64,000 nucleotides of DNA from contig OZ024745.1 in assembly GCA_964016885.1 (NCBI GenBank), positions 104,098,001 through 104,162,000 on the forward strand. The letters are read 5' to 3'. Origin of the DNA: Eledone cirrhosa. Lineage: Eukaryota. Shown piece by piece: positions 24,929 through 39,468 of the stretch (position 1 is the stretch's first letter; each line of letters starts with the position of its first letter). The notes under the pieces are model-generated. The model was given only the letters and a program-made list of their open reading frames with translations, did no database searches and was not told the origin of the DNA. The translations under genes were made by a program, and so were the position numbers.

Positions 24929-25129
24929 GTAGGTTACGCTATAACTGTGTTCACGGTTGATTTAAATTTATGTTTAACTCAATGATGAGCAGCTGAGTTG
25001 GTCAGCTTGAGGTATGTTACACTATTACTATGTTCATGGTTGGTTTTGATTGGTGTTCATCTTAAATGGTTCTTTTTATCTTCTATTTGTTTCTTGTTAT
25101 TTATTTAATGTTAATTATTCTTAACATCA

Positions 25130-26210
25130 GTGTTAACAAAAATGAATGCTGGTGTGAGAGATGATATGAGAGATGATCTTTACAACTGGTTGAAGTCCTT
25201 CATTCTCAGTCAAAAAGTGGTAGTCACAGTTCTAGGACAGAATTCTTCACCCTATGAGATAACATCTGTTGTACCACAGGGATCTGTTCTTGGTCCCCTT
25301 TTGTTTGTTGCATATATTAATAGCATAGATGCCAACATAAAGAATGCCACAGTGCTGAAATATGCAGATGACATTGAGCTGTACCGTGAGATAAAAAGGA
25401 CAGTTTCTGCACACTATAGATCTTTTCTGCAATCAAACCTGGACACAATGCAACAATGGATTACAGACTGGCAACTGAAGCTAGCTGTGGATAAGTGTAC
25501 CACCATGCATTTTGGGAGGAAAAACCCAGCGTCCACATACTCCCTCCACAACATTAATCACAAGAAGTCTTCTTGTGAAAGTGACCTGGGCATTATTGTC
25601 AACAATGATTTGTATTGGACAAAGTACATCTCTAAAATTGTCAAGAAGGCCAAGGGTGTCTTGGCATTACTCTGTAAGCCCTTTGTCAGCTACTCTCCAG
25701 CTATCTATTTAAAGCTGTATATAGCTATAGTGCAGCCACATTTGAATTTAACCTTCATCAAGCATCTGCCGTACTCTGAATGCCTTGCCTCACTGGGCAT
25801 GGATATATTAAAGCTCTGACGTCTGGCAGCTGACTTGGTAGACACCCACAAAATTATTAATCACCTTTCCAACAACAACCCTGAGCACTTTTTGAATTCC
25901 ATGTGTCTAACACCCGTGGGCATGCCAACAAAGTCAACATCACAGCTCCTATGACTTTTGGAAACAGTTTTTCATGCTCAGAGTTGCTGAAGCATGGGAC
26001 ACTGGATCCTTCAAAACTTCCATGCTTCTCGAAATTCACCTGATATTCCCCCTCCATACACGCGCATGCGTATGTGTGTGCCTGTGTGTATATTATGACT
26101 CATACACTGTTCACTTTTCTGACATTTGTACATTATTCTATGTACTATACATGCACCTTCGATGAGTTGTAGTGCACCTGAACACTGTACACAATAATTT
26201 TCATTATTAT
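25130..26210 (+). mobile_element. CR1 LINE 3' fragment (degenerate RT)
   Basis: VPQGSVLGPLLF, KYADD, W...WQL, DLGI motifs; 3' end followed by (TTA) tail. Confidence 0.88.
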
Positions 26211-26349
26211 CAATAAAATAAAACCCAGTTAAGTAATGTCTAAATTAGAAATCAGTATTGACTCTTGGGGTTATCATAATCGCATTTGTTGTCATATAAT
26301 GTTAAGATACGGTAAGTAGGGAGTAAAGAAAAAAAATGAAACAAAATTT

Positions 26350-26800
26350 TCATAGTGGCGGTGCTGATGCCATGAGAAAAAGTACCCAGGCCACCATATA
26401 AAGTGGTAGTGTTGATACCACAAAGAAAAGTAACCAGTCCATACTATAAAGTGGTGGCACCACTGGCATGCTGAAAGCATGCAGTCCACTCTGTATGGTG
26501 GTAGTGTTGGAGCCATAACAAAAAGTATCCAGTCCAGCCTGTGAGTGGTAGTGTTGGTGTCACAACTAAAAGTACCCAATCCACTCTGTAAGGTGGTAGT
26601 TTTGATGTCATAATAAAAAGTACCCAGTCCACCTTGTAAGGTGGTAGTGCTGATGCCACATCAAAAAGCACCCAGTCCACACTTTCAAGGAGTAGTGTTG
26701 TATTAATGAAAAGCATCCAGTCCACACTATAAGGTGGTAGTGCCAGAGTCACCGTGAAATACTCACAGTCCACACTGTAAAGTGGTATTGCCTGAGTCAC
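26350..26800 (+). repeat. ~41-bp minisatellite derived from the RTE/SINE 3' UTR motif
   Basis: About 10 degenerate units of aaaaagtacccagtccacactgtaaggtggtagtgttggtgccac. Confidence 0.75.
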
Positions 26801-27194
26801 AGTACACGATGTGGCATCCAGATGTGGAAACTAAGCCCAAAACAGCGTAAAGGCAAGACATGGTTAATTGAGCAGTCTACTCTCAGTAAATGACAACCTA
26901 TCTAACCCAACCAAGTATGTGTGTGTGTGCGTCTCTGTGTATGTGTGTATTCTTATTTGTGTATGTGTACACAAGTACTTATTACAAGGGACATTACTCT
27001 TGATACTACACGACTATATACCGAAATGTATGATTTAGAAGTGTGAATTTACTTCCTCAATTCATGAACATGCCTGATCCGTTACGCCCTTCATGATAGC
27101 TTGCTTTTTTTTTTACTGATTTTTATTAGCTTATACTATTTATTAACCATATCATTATATAGAAGATTGTGATAAAACAAAAAAATTATCAATC

Positions 27195-27538
27195 CAGGAA
27201 GGGTTGATAAATGTTACTCGATAGAGTGCATAGCTCGGAGATCAGAGAGTCACTTCACATAGAGCTGCTACTTCTCTTAATTGAGAGATCACAGCTCCAA
27301 TATTATGGGCATATGATTAGAATGTCTCAGGAAAGAATCGCTAGACAGATTTTATGGCTAAACCAACCGGCAGGAGACCCAGGGGTAGACTCCAAGCAAG
27401 ATCGTTGGATAACATTAATGAGCTTTGCTGATCTCGCTTGGAGATCCAGCGGTGGGGACAGTTGCTTCTGACAGGACCTGCTGGAAGGAGTCTGTTCCCC
27501 ACGAACCCTCTCAAGAATAAGTGGGTGAAGAAGAAGTA
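27195..27538 (+). mobile_element. RTE LINE 3' fragment (family of 49815-51290)
   Basis: IERSQLQYYGHMIRM motif; (GAA) tail. Confidence 0.7.
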
Positions 27539-27649
27539 GATATATATGGGAGATATAACAGCTGATGGCAACTTCCTTTTCCGTCTTTAAGGGTTTTCAC
27601 CTTATTTTATAGCATCTTCGTGCATGAACACACCATTCTTTAGATCTAT

Positions 27650-27694
<45 letters not shown>

Positions 27695-28610
27695 AGGCGG
27701 ACCCGGCGATCAGTGGAGACTCCACTTCGTCATTCTATAGAGGGTTGGTCCGCAGCAAGTGCGACGACGCGCTCGGTGAAACTCTAGGCGTGGAGGAAGA
27801 TGGAACTGGCCAGTCTGTTCGGTAGGACCTTCCGCCCGGGACCGATGGACAACTTCCAAAAGTCCCTGGCCTGGCAGTGCTACCGAGGAGCTCTACCAGT
27901 TCGAGACAAGCTCTACAGACACGGGCGCCCGGGCAGGGACCCTGCAAAAAAGATCTGTCCGAGGTGCGTGCGAGATGAAGAAACCGTCGCGCACGCATTC
28001 ATACACTGCCCGGGCGTCACTGACCTGTGGGGCTATGTAGAACGACTATTGTCGCGGGTGGGACCAATCCAGTTGACCACCGAGTCCATTGTCATGATCA
28101 AACCGCCACCCTCCTTCAAAAACGAAGGAGAGGCGGTTTTCCTTTGTGTGATAGCTATGGCGAAAGAGGTTGTATGGTGGACAAGGTTGAAAGGGCTGAG
28201 GTCAGACACCTTTCTCTCCGGCCAACAACTGATTCTTTTTTTCAAATACCACTTTGGAAGAAGAATCAGGATGGAGAGAGAGGTGCTGTACCCCAGCAAG
28301 TGTTATGAAAGGTGGGTGAAAGTGGCGAGAATGGCCCGAGTGAATGGGCCTTCTCTCTATATCAGCCTGTAGGTTGAGGAAAAGGAGGAGGAGAGGAAAG
28401 GAGTACAAGCTCTTCGTACTCCTGGAGATGAGGGTTGCACATTTTTTTTCGGGGGTATGTGTTACCCTTATAAACTGTCTCCCTCTATTGGGGAAAATCG
28501 ACTAACTTTTAAATTCCATCTGTGATAACATTTTACACGTTTTTATTGTATGTAAACTTCCCCCTTTGTATTTGTCCCCTTCTTTTGTGCCCCTGTGGCT
28601 AATAAAGAAA
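27695..28610 (+). mobile_element. Tx1/L1-clade LINE 3' fragment in (TATC)n
   Basis: zf-RVT-like CPRC...ETVAHAFIHC; homologous to 58560-59469; ends AATAAAGAAA; TATC repeats on both sides. Confidence 0.85.
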
Positions 28611-28659
28611 TATATCTATCTATCTATCTATCTCTCTCTCTATATATATATATATATAA

Positions 28660-28845
28660 CGAAGGAAATGTGGTAAGGAACCAGGTGGACCATAACGCAC
28701 CAAAGTACTCAATACTTAGGGTAGTAGAGTGGGTAATAGGAACGAGTAGGACCCCGACGGCTGAGCTCAAGCCGTTTCGACGGGTAATTCTGGACTCCCG
28801 TCGAAACGGCTTGAGCTCAGCCGTCGGGGTCCTACTCGTTCCTAT
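28660..28845 (-). mobile_element. Fold-back fragment with perfect ~48-bp arms containing HHR 3' half (GAAAC ggcttgagctcagcc GTC)
   Basis: ~28737-28784 is the reverse complement of ~28797-28845; unique tail on the left; TA flanks. Confidence 0.7.
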
Positions 28846-28849
28846 ATAT

Positions 28850-29018
28850 AGGGAATGTAATGTGCTGTTATTGTAATTACCATAGTAGAGGTCCGATGAG
28901 CTTTTTATTCCATAGTCGGGCCAGATCGATACAGATCAAACCTTGAGCTGATCAATAGCGAAACGTACATCACTACTCAATAAACGTAATGAAGACATAA
29001 TAAATCGTCCTTTTATTA
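28850..29018 (+). mobile_element. PLE-type pLTR fragment with degenerate HHR (28885-28976)
   Basis: CCGATGA-gctttt...aatagc-GAAA-CGTACA-TC; homologous to 10568-10694. Confidence 0.6.
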
Positions 29019-32000
29019 TATATATATATATATGCCCAACCTCTGCTAGCAGGGTGACCAAACGTTCGCCTTTCGAGCCGTAACAAATACTATAAAGTAT
29101 TCTATCTGGCGTTTTAATGACTTTGCCAATCCTCCGCCTAAAAGAGGATATATACACAATTACATACGTAATACTCATTAATTCAAGTATACAATGTAAC
29201 AGTTTCCTCTGAATATGAAGAATCTTTGACTTATCTAATCTCAATATTTTCGAGTTATCTACCCTTAATTTCTTTCTGAGTTATCTACCTTTAAGACTAC
29301 TTCTTTCCTTCGATTGCCTGAATACTATGTTTTTCGCAGTGGGAAGGCTAACAATGGGGAACAGCTATTTTATTCCATTTACCAATTGTTGTGGATTGAC
29401 AAAAATGTCTTGTGCTATTTGTTTCCAGGTCAACTTTGCTTTCATCCTTCTAGCTGCGATTAAATAAATAAATAAGCAAATAGTAAGGACGGTATAATCA
29501 ATTATCTCCCTTCCCAAACATTTCTGGCCTTGTATCTATGTAAAAAAAATTATTATAGAGGAACATAACTTCCCTATATATCAGTGGTGAGCCTTGTTAC
29601 TCTGGAGTTTCTCTTGCACACACACATACACACACACACACGCACACACATATATATATTAGAAATTTAAATATATTTTTTAATTTTGAAAGGATTTTTT
29701 AAGTTTTGGGAATTTTTGAATTTTTTTTATTTCCCACCACAAAGGGACCTGTGACAGACAGACTGACCCCCCCCCACATGTGTGTATTGTTATATATACA
29801 CTTTCACACTATACACACACTCCCTAAAACCATATTCCAATAATAGAATTTCTTTTACAACCCTACTGCTGCCATAGAATTTGTCTCTAGCTTATAATTC
29901 CCAATCCCCATTTGGACTCTTGACCAGTCAATTAACATAATCAGATATACACACACATATTTACAGAATATTTCCTTTGCCCCCCCAAAAAACAATTTTG
30001 TTCTGTGAAGAAACACAACTATCAACACTACTACTACTATCATTACTACACACCTCTCTCTCTTTCTCTCTATTCACAAGTACTCATTCTCCAGTCCACT
30101 TCTGAGCAAGAAAGATGGGAAAAAAACTTACTCCAACACTTAATTTTAAATCTTTAATTTTTAGTTTTTAATTCCTATTAATTCTTTTTAATTGATAAGA
30201 TGAATTTTAATTTAGAATTTTGAGTTGCATGAGAATAGAAAGAAAAGAAATATATTTTTTTTTAATTTTCACCTGCTTCTCTCCCTTGTGCAAGAAGAAA
30301 GTTGATACTCAATTTGTGAACCGTTGCTATCTGAAATGAGCACTTTAAAGTAAAAAGTAACGTTCTGGTAAGTTGAGACAGCAACCCAGTCATTGATAGC
30401 CTGTTAAAATCATTTCACTTTACTTATATTGTTGAAACAACCTCTAAATCAGAGGTGGGGCACTTGTTTAGTATCAGTGTGAATTTGAAATATGTAAAAA
30501 CACACAAGGGTATATCTGTATTGAGAAAAATAGGAAATCTTTAATTTTATGAATTCATTGGTATGTAACATTCAATTTTTATTAAATTAGTTTTCAACTT
30601 AAAAGTTTTAACATTTTCTTTTATTTTCATATGAATTTTTCAAGACTTCATCAGGCAGCAAATTTAAATTTAAATGTGGGCACAATTTCCTCGAAGGTGT
30701 GGGTTCTCTACCATTGCAATACATAGTCTTCTGACTTCTACAAATAGTCACCAAATCTCCCTCACATCACATGCCTGCTGTCTTAAAAGGAAAAGTATAT
30801 TGGGTAATGTAGTTATAGATATAGTATGTCTAAAAACAAATGGATGATCATAAAAAGGTGCAGAGCACTAGAAGTCAATGGAAACCGCGGAGTGGGGAGA
30901 CCCAAGAAGACCTGGGATAAGGTGATAAAAGCCGACCTTATCCAATTACACCTCTCAAAGGCGATGACACACGACCGTGACCTCTGGGGTCACGCAGTAA
31001 TACAGAGTACCCGACCTCCCATGGGTACAAGCTGAAGCATATAGACAATACGTCCCCACACCCTCCCACTGCAAAGTGGTCGTGGAGGTGCCACGGCAAA
31101 AAAGCACCCAGCCCACACTGTAAAGTGGACGTATAGGCACCACGGAAAAAAGCACCCAGCACTCACTGTAAATGAGGTTGGTGTTAGGAAGGGCATCCAG
31201 CTGTAGAAATGAAGCCAGAATCAGTTTCTGTATGAGCAAGGCATGGTCAGCCGACCAGACACTGCCCACAACAGGACAACCCGTCTAACCCATGCTAGCA
31301 TGGAAGAACGGACGTAAAACAGTGATGTTGATGATGATAGCCAGAACACTTTTAATAAGATCTGCGGTTAAACAACAACAACAACAACAACATCTACCAT
31401 TACTGTATATGGAGAAAATATGTTACAATATCCATTCATCTTCTTTATACAAACCTGGAATATTTTACTTATAAGTGGCAGATGTGTATCAAGGAATTGA
31501 AATGAATATTTTACTATATTTAGTTTCAAAGCTTTCAACTGTAAGAGGGCAGATGGCTGAGTTGATAGGGAATTGGATAACTACCAGACATGTCTTTGGT
31601 TCATATTCTGATACTGGCACTGCAAGATGAAATTGCTCCAGACACTGAAGTTTCTGGTGATGCTATAAATAGATACTGCAGGATAGAAATACATTGCCAT
31701 TATTATCAGCAACAGCAGCTCTGTAAAATTAACAAATGCTTCATTGGTTCATAATACTGAATTCAGTTTGTTTTTGTAAATATAATTTGAAGAAAGATGG
31801 ACTCTAAACTGAATTACTCTAGATACAATGGGTTGTGACTCACATTTGCCATAGCCCCTTTAGCATTTAAACTGGTCATATCCGGTCAGAATTTTCTCAC
31901 CTCTTTCTGTTCAAACCAGCCGTAACTGGTCACTCATACTGATGTTAAGGTATTGTTCTCAAAATAAATAATATCAAAATCTCATAAATTTGATATTATG

Positions 32001-35000
32001 TGAGGTAAAGCCGTTTCCATGAAAATATAATAGTATATATAGAGTAATGTAAATTCTCACATTTAAAGGTTGACAATATAGGGTCGTCAATTTTAGTCTT
32101 CTGAAAATATTAACTATATTATATACATAATCAAAAGAAATATATATGTTTATAGTGTGAGAGTGAAAAGGCAGTGAAGTTGCAGACACATTAGGTTGCT
32201 ATACTCTATGTGACAGAATATTTTATTTCATACTTAGTTTAGATTGCAATGGGATTGACATTGTCTTTCATCACTGGATAAAGTAATACATCTCATGTAT
32301 GTACTAGATTTTATCTAATGGACTACACTCCTGTTTTCTAAATTTATAGCTTTATATCAAAATGTCAGCTATATCAACTTATTCAATTTCAGTGTAGTTA
32401 ATGACATCTAGTGGCTGTTGTTACAGGCTGTGCTATTGTACTGTACCTACCACTTCATCATATATCTACATCCATACAAACTTTATGCTATTTCTATATC
32501 TACCCAACTAGCAGAAAATTGGCCAAGTTGTTAGAATGTAAGATAGAATGCTTTGCAGTATTCATTCCGGCTCACTGATCTCTGAGTTCAAATCCCACTG
32601 AGGTCAACTTTGCCTTTCATCCAATTGATGTCAATAAAAAAGTACCAGTCAAATACTGAGGGCGATTCCTCCCCTATATCTCTTTCTCACTCTCTATCCT
32701 TTGGAATAAATCTGCTGTATTTCAACCTGGAGAGGAGATGGGCTCTGCCAGGTTTTAAAAATGCCCTAGAAATGCTGTATGTCAATACAATATCCCTATG
32801 ACTCCCTCAAGAGTTACAGGTCAAAAAAGAAAGAAAGAAAGAATATCTGCTATGATGGTGTTAATGAGGTCCTCAATCTGGGTTGGTGTGATGTCTCTTA
32901 CTTTGTAGTATAGTCCATTGTCATTGAGATGTTCAAACACTTGGTTGTTGTAGGTCTCTTCAGTGATAATGTAGCATTCTTTTCTTTTGTTAGAAGGATG
33001 TATACTAGGCCTCTCACTCTTAGGTTGTTGTCTTTTTAAGTGAAATGTTGTGACTTAGAAAAATTTGGAGAACTTCTGAAGGCGAGTGACTGAGTGGTTA
33101 GAAAATTGGATTTGCAATCATGAGGTTGTGAGTTTGATTCCTGGACTGAGCAATGTGTTATGTCCTTGAGCAAGACACTTTATTTCATATTGCTCTTTCT
33201 ACCAGGAGTTGTAACCAGTAGATATTATTAGCAAAGGAAAGACCAATGAAAGACATTGTTTCCTTGGTCCGATTTAACAAGTTCCATCCCACTCTGTAAG
33301 CAAATGAGGTCTGGGATCTTGTCAATCATTCAAAGAATAAAAACATATATAAAAAAGATCTCTTTGTTTGATTTTGCAGAATGTTAAAGATAGACTGCTT
33401 GAGTCAGGAGAGTTTGAGATCAAGTATGTATTTGGCAGAGGGTGGGTAGAGTGGATGATCAAGGCAGAAGGTGAGAAATTTGGTGAGTATAGAGGTGATC
33501 TTTGTTGTAGTTAGTGGTCCTGACTTAGTCATTGTTTCTGATAGTCTAACATCTGAGCATCAAGGTGGAATATCTTTTATTTTTTTACCCTTTACCTGTT
33601 TCAGCTGAGAGGATGAGGCCTTCCTGGGGCACGTGAATTATGAAACTTCACTATAAGTAGCAGTGTTTTAGCTATCCATGTATCTTTCTCATTGTAGAGA
33701 GAAATTGTATATACGATTATCCATGTATCTTTCTCTTTGGAGAGAAAAATTCTCCATCCTTCAATAACACTTCTCATTTGATGATTAATAAAAACATTTT
33801 ACTTGATTTTCTTATGGCTGATTTTTAATATACTGCACAAATGTATTTCAAGGAATCACCATATTTAGTCAATACTATGACATACTCTTTTAATTTATAG
33901 CAAGTGTGGAAGGAAAACTTCGTTTGGTTCAGCTAGTTGCTTGTATAAAATATTTTTTGATCTAAAATAATATTCCTTCTAAGATGTCAATTTATTCTCT
34001 GCCAGTGTTAGTCATCTACATATGAAACTTAGTGTTTTAGTGTATCCTAATTACTGGTCAAATAACATGCAAAACACTCTCAGATATGGTTAGAGAGTTG
34101 GATTAGAGTTGAGATTGTGAGTTCAATTCTCGGACCAGGTGATGGGTTGTGTCCTTGAGCAAGACACTTTATTTCACGTTGCTGCTTCTGCCATGAGTTG
34201 TGACTGGTATATAGTATTAGCAATGGAAAACCAAAGGAAACATTGTTTCTTTGACCCAATTTGACAGAGTCCACCACACGCGGCAAGTGAATGAGGTCTG
34301 GGATCCTGTCAATCGATTAGAGAGCAATTCACTCATATTTGTCAGATTTAATTTGTTTCCGGGAAACAGTTTAAGGTTTTCATAATTTTTTGTTTTTTAA
34401 ATGGTGAATGTAAGCTACTATTATTAACCCTTTTGTTACCACACTTCTAATGAGATACATTGTGTGTGAATAAATTAATGTGAAGTTTAAGGGATTTTCT
34501 GAAAATATTATTTCATTAAGATGGTGTTTGTAACATAATCAAAAGATTCTATTAAATTATGTTGTAAAATTTTAATTTAAATAAGAACCCTTTTAAATAG
34601 GTGGTTTTGTTTCATAGAGCCAGAGGGGCCTTTGGGTAGGTTGGTATCAAAAGGGTTAATGCATATCTGTTGTAATTGTGAAGTATCTCTTCTTTAAGAC
34701 AAATTTTGGAAGAATTAATAAGTAAACCCAATCATGGGTTAAGTATACAATGTCTAGCTTACTCATCGATCCAGAAATATCCTTGAAAAAATCTAAGGCA
34801 TTCCTCTCTGAAAAACACCACAAAATATTTCTTACTCTTTCTATATAAAGTGAAAGATAATAGAGTATATATATGATATGTTTAAGTATAGAATGAGAAT
34901 GCCAGGTTAGTATTGAAAGCATTATTTTTTAGTTCCCAATGATGACAGTGTATATGTGCCAGTTATTGAAGGGTGGTGGATATTGACAAAGAAGAAACTG

Positions 35001-36783
35001 TGACAATGAAGTGAGATGAACAATAATTTGTTTATGATGTATTTACACAAACAGATACATTGTTTCTTTTCATGTTATATAAAGATATTAAGTAAGTCCA
35101 TAGTTTCGGTTCCCTTTGGGATTTTACTTTCATTTCTTTTCAATAGAAATAATATGGAATTTTACAGTAATTTCTTTTGTATTTTACTTTTGTCATTTCT
35201 GTTCTTTTTTACTTTCACATTTTTGGCCTGCTTAAATAAGATTTAACCTTATATATGATATTTATATTCACAGAATATGCATTAAAAATATCATTGTACT
35301 TGTGATCTGTTAATTTGATAATTATATGAAAAAGGTATAAAAATGGCAAAATACAAAGAAAAGAATTAGTTTTATTAACGGTTTTGCTAGCATAGATGAT
35401 AAAGAAAAATAAATATCACTTTTGAATTCAGGACACCAAATAGCTTTAGATGTTGAGGCAATCATGTGTAATCTACTCACTGGCCTTACTACTGTACATA
35501 TATCTACTTAAATTTTACTCTACTCTACATTTCTTTCTCAACTTCATTACATAAATACACTTATGTGACTTGGTTGGTCAGTTTGTTCATTGTTGTGTGG
35601 CAGATATGTGTGTGCCTCCACAGCCAGTAGTGAATGAATGATTAACAAGAGCCACTACTTTAATAATTTTATTAACAAATAACTTGCTTTGCAGTTATTG
35701 TGATAACATAGGAAAAACAACAAAGAGTCACAGTAAAATTGTATATTATGCCTGTGTGATAGTTTTGTGTGAATGCTTGTAATAGTAGTGTTATAAGTTG
35801 TATGTAACTAACCTTTGTTCATATCAAATGGAGAAATGATTGTCTTAACTCATTGACTGAAAGGCAGAGACCCAACAGGTCAGAGTGAATTTGTTGAAAA
35901 CTACATCATTCTGATGTCTTTCATGAACTAATGTAACTCCCTGGACAGTTGAGGGCAGATTATTTATGATGAAGCTGTTATCATATGACCTCTAGAAAAC
36001 CATTGCTCTAGACAATTTGGTGACATGAATCCCCTAAAACAAAGGAAGTAAATATCTATGAGGTCAAAAGGTCTGCATGTGTGATCACAATGACCTATTT
36101 AGCCAACTGGGGAACAAAAGTTCAAATCTCTCTACTCAGATTCACTACACACCCACACAAATTCAATAGCAATTGCCAAACATGCACATCTTCTGTCAAT
36201 AGTGACATCTTATCTACTTTGATTCAACATCAGAGTCAGGCACTTCACACATGGAAGAAATGACACTACATTCTGGTTATATATGGACATAACACAGCCA
36301 AACGTATAACCAACTCTATATATGTAAGGCTTTACACACTCCAGTGCCATTTTATTACAGGGATTATAGATGCTAATGTCTTCCTGTTATATCTACGTTA
36401 TCAACTTTTAAGAGATGATAAACAGAAATCATAAAATTGGTGAGTTTTCTCAGGTGGTGAACTTATTTCATTACCTAATATAACATCTCCAACTGTCCTT
36501 AGGGTGTCTTTAACGGGGTTAACTCTGTTGCAAGCATTTGGACTAGGTCTCCAATTTGAGTATAACTTCCTCCCTTCCTCTCACCAGCCACAGAAACCCT
36601 GAAAAAGCTCATGAGTGCTACCCTCCCTCTTCCAATTTAGCCACTAAAAAAAACAAAAAAACTAGCGGAATTTAAACAAAGAAACAGGAGATAGCTAAGG
36701 ACAGTAAAACATCTAGGTAGGCACTGTATCAAATCAATATATTCAAAATAAAATTTAATATTTTGTTAAATTTTTTATTTCAG

Positions 36784-36975
36784 GATGTAATTAAAGAATT
36801 TGAACACAACCTTCGTGACCTTGTTTCAACATTTACTGAAGGTTTCCAGGGTCTTCTAGCTAATTGTCGTGACCTGGAAAGTCAGCACCATGAGAAAATG
36901 ATGGAAGTTGCATTGATAAATGTGGAAACTGCACACAAGAACGAGGTTGATGATGTTTCAGAAGACTTAAGAAAT
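36784..36975 (+). CDS. DRC3: DRC3 coding exon (DVIKEFEHNLRDLV...CRDLESQHHEKMME...EDLRN)
   Basis: tttcag acceptor, aat|gtatga donor; matches the DRC3 motif CRDLENHHHEKLLE. Confidence 0.93.
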
Positions 36976-37994
36976 GTATGATATATTTTCACTTCTCTCC
37001 TCCTCAAATTCCTTTTTTATTTTTGTCTTTCATTTTTTCCTTCTGTTTGTAAATTCATGGATGTTTCCTAAGTTGCTGAATTTAAATATGATCCTTTAGT
37101 TACTATGTAAATATAAAGTGCTTGGCTTAGTGGTTAGAGAATTGGATTCACAATTGTGAGGTTGCGAGTTCAATTCCCAGACCGAGCAATGCATTATGAC
37201 CTTGGGCAAGACACTTTATTTCTTGCTGCTCTTTCTGCCAGGAGTTGCGACTGGTAGATAGTACCAGCAATGGAAAGACCAATGGAAACATTGTTTCCTT
37301 GGTCCAGTTTGACGAGTTCCACCTCACTTGGTACACGAGTGAGGTCTGGGAACTTGTTGATTGAATAAAAAAAAACATAATATTTTTCCTTCATATTAAA
37401 TCAGTTACTTACATATCTGCAGGTTGTGGACTGGCAGATTTGTCAGAGCAGATGAACACACCCCACCAAAAAAACAGAGAGAGAAAAATCATGAGCTATT
37501 GAAGAATAATAAGTCTCCTATATTTTACGTTATGTTTTGATGTTTGTAGGAATTTTTATGGACCACGTCCAATATTCATGGTTTTTCACTCTTCACGGGT
37601 GATCTAGGAATGTAACACCCGCGAATACCGGGGGCCAACTGTGTATATATCATCATCATCATCATCATTTCATTTTACGTCTGCTTTTCCCTGCTTGCAA
37701 GGGTGGGACGGGGAACTGATGCTGGCTTGATTTCTACAGCTGGATGCCCTTCCTAACACCAACCTCATTTACAGTGAGTGCTGGGTGCTTTTTTGCCGTG
37801 GCACCTCCACGACCACTTTTGCAGTGGAATGATAGGGACCCCAGTCCCTATCATCTCATTTCTACAGCTGAGTAAACTGGAGCAATGTGAAATAAAGTGT
37901 CTTGCTCAAGGAAACAACACATCACCCGGTCTGAGAATTGAACTCACAACCTTTCGATTGCAAGGCCAATGCTCTCTCTCTATATATATATATC

Positions 37995-38235
37995 TAGGGC
38001 GGGTAAAATTCCCGAGATCCATGAACGAGTTCTCTCCAGCGGTCTCTGTCCCTCATCATCGTTGCCATGTCTTTCGTCTCCAAGAGACCAGTGTCTTTCC
38101 TTAGGGCATCAACATATGTCAACCTCGGTCTCCCTCTTCTAGTGTGTCCATGCAGGGGCTCCCACAGGAGCACTGAGTGCAGTGTCAACTCTGGATGTCA
38201 GTGAGCATGTCCAGCTAACCTCAGTCTCGCTACTT
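37995..38235 (-). mobile_element. LINE (RTE-group) extreme 3' fragment
   Basis: LWEPLHGHTRRGRPRLTYVDAL...DRDRWR motif. Confidence 0.7.
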
Positions 38236-38291
<56 letters not shown>

Positions 38292-38466
38292 TATAAATAT
38301 TAATAAAATAGATGTTCTTTATTAATATTTATTAATATGTATTAATATTTATTAATATTTATATTTTAATATTAATAACTCCGGAAAATTATTTTTCCGT
38401 AGAGTGCTTCCAATCTACTGTAAAACTCATTCTTTGACATACTCATTGAATATTGTTTAACACTTT

Positions 38467-38555
<89 letters not shown>

Positions 38556-38560
<5 letters not shown>

Positions 38561-39468
38561 GAAGAGAGAAGAAACATTTAGATATAATTAGTAATAAAAT
38601 GTATCATACCTAAACTGCTCCTAGATTCCTCGAGGAATCTAGGAGCAGTTTAGGTATGATACATTTTATTACTAATTATATCTAAATGTTTCTTCTCTCT
38701 TCATAATGTACTTTTAGCTCTGATACTGGTTCAGTCTAATTCAACCGGATTGGTCTGTCCCAGTCATTCATAGAGCAACATCAGTAAGGTTGGCAGCATT
38801 AACTCACGGTTGGATGTGAATGCATTCATGTATATGTGTGTGTCCGCATGTATCTGTGTGTTTCTAAATATATTGTTCATAACTCCCTCTGGTCGAGTAA
38901 TCTTTGAAGTGTGGTGACTGCTGGAAAGCTGCCATTACTCATACTTCTCGCCTCCTTCACCACCTCTTCTATGGCTTCGATATAAATACCCCCTCCGCCT
39001 CCGTGGTATTTTCTTCGGGGTTATAAGAGGCTTAGCTCTGTTTCTTGACCGTTGTATCACATGACTATCTCCCCCTCCGCCTTTTGGGATTCTTTCTCAC
39101 ATCATATAGACGCGTTCTTGAAGCTAGTAAAACGAGGTATCCTCTTGATAAGTCGGCAGACCTCGCAAAAACTCTATATCTTTATGATGTATTGTTTTTG
39201 TTTATGCCACGAAACTACGTAGTCGAGGAATCTAGGAGCAGTTTAGGTATGATACCTTTTATTACTAATTATATCTAAATGTTTCTTCTCTCTTCATAAT
39301 TTACTTTTAGCTCTGACACTGGTTCAGTCTAATTCAACCGGATTGGTCTGTCCCAGTCATTCATAGAGCAACATCGGTAAGGTTGGCACCATTAACTCAT
39401 GGTTGGATGTGGATGCATTCATGTATATGTGTGTGTCCGCATGTATCTGTGTGTTTCTAAATATATTG

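Noticed and set aside
26350-26800. Regularly spaced repeats as a CRISPR-like array
   Set aside because: Eukaryotic tandem units without unique spacers; derived from a LINE tail.
38284-38470. AT-only hairpin plus tail in (TA)n as another fold-back HHR element
   Set aside because: Layout is similar, but the arms are short and low-complexity and no ribozyme motif is visible.
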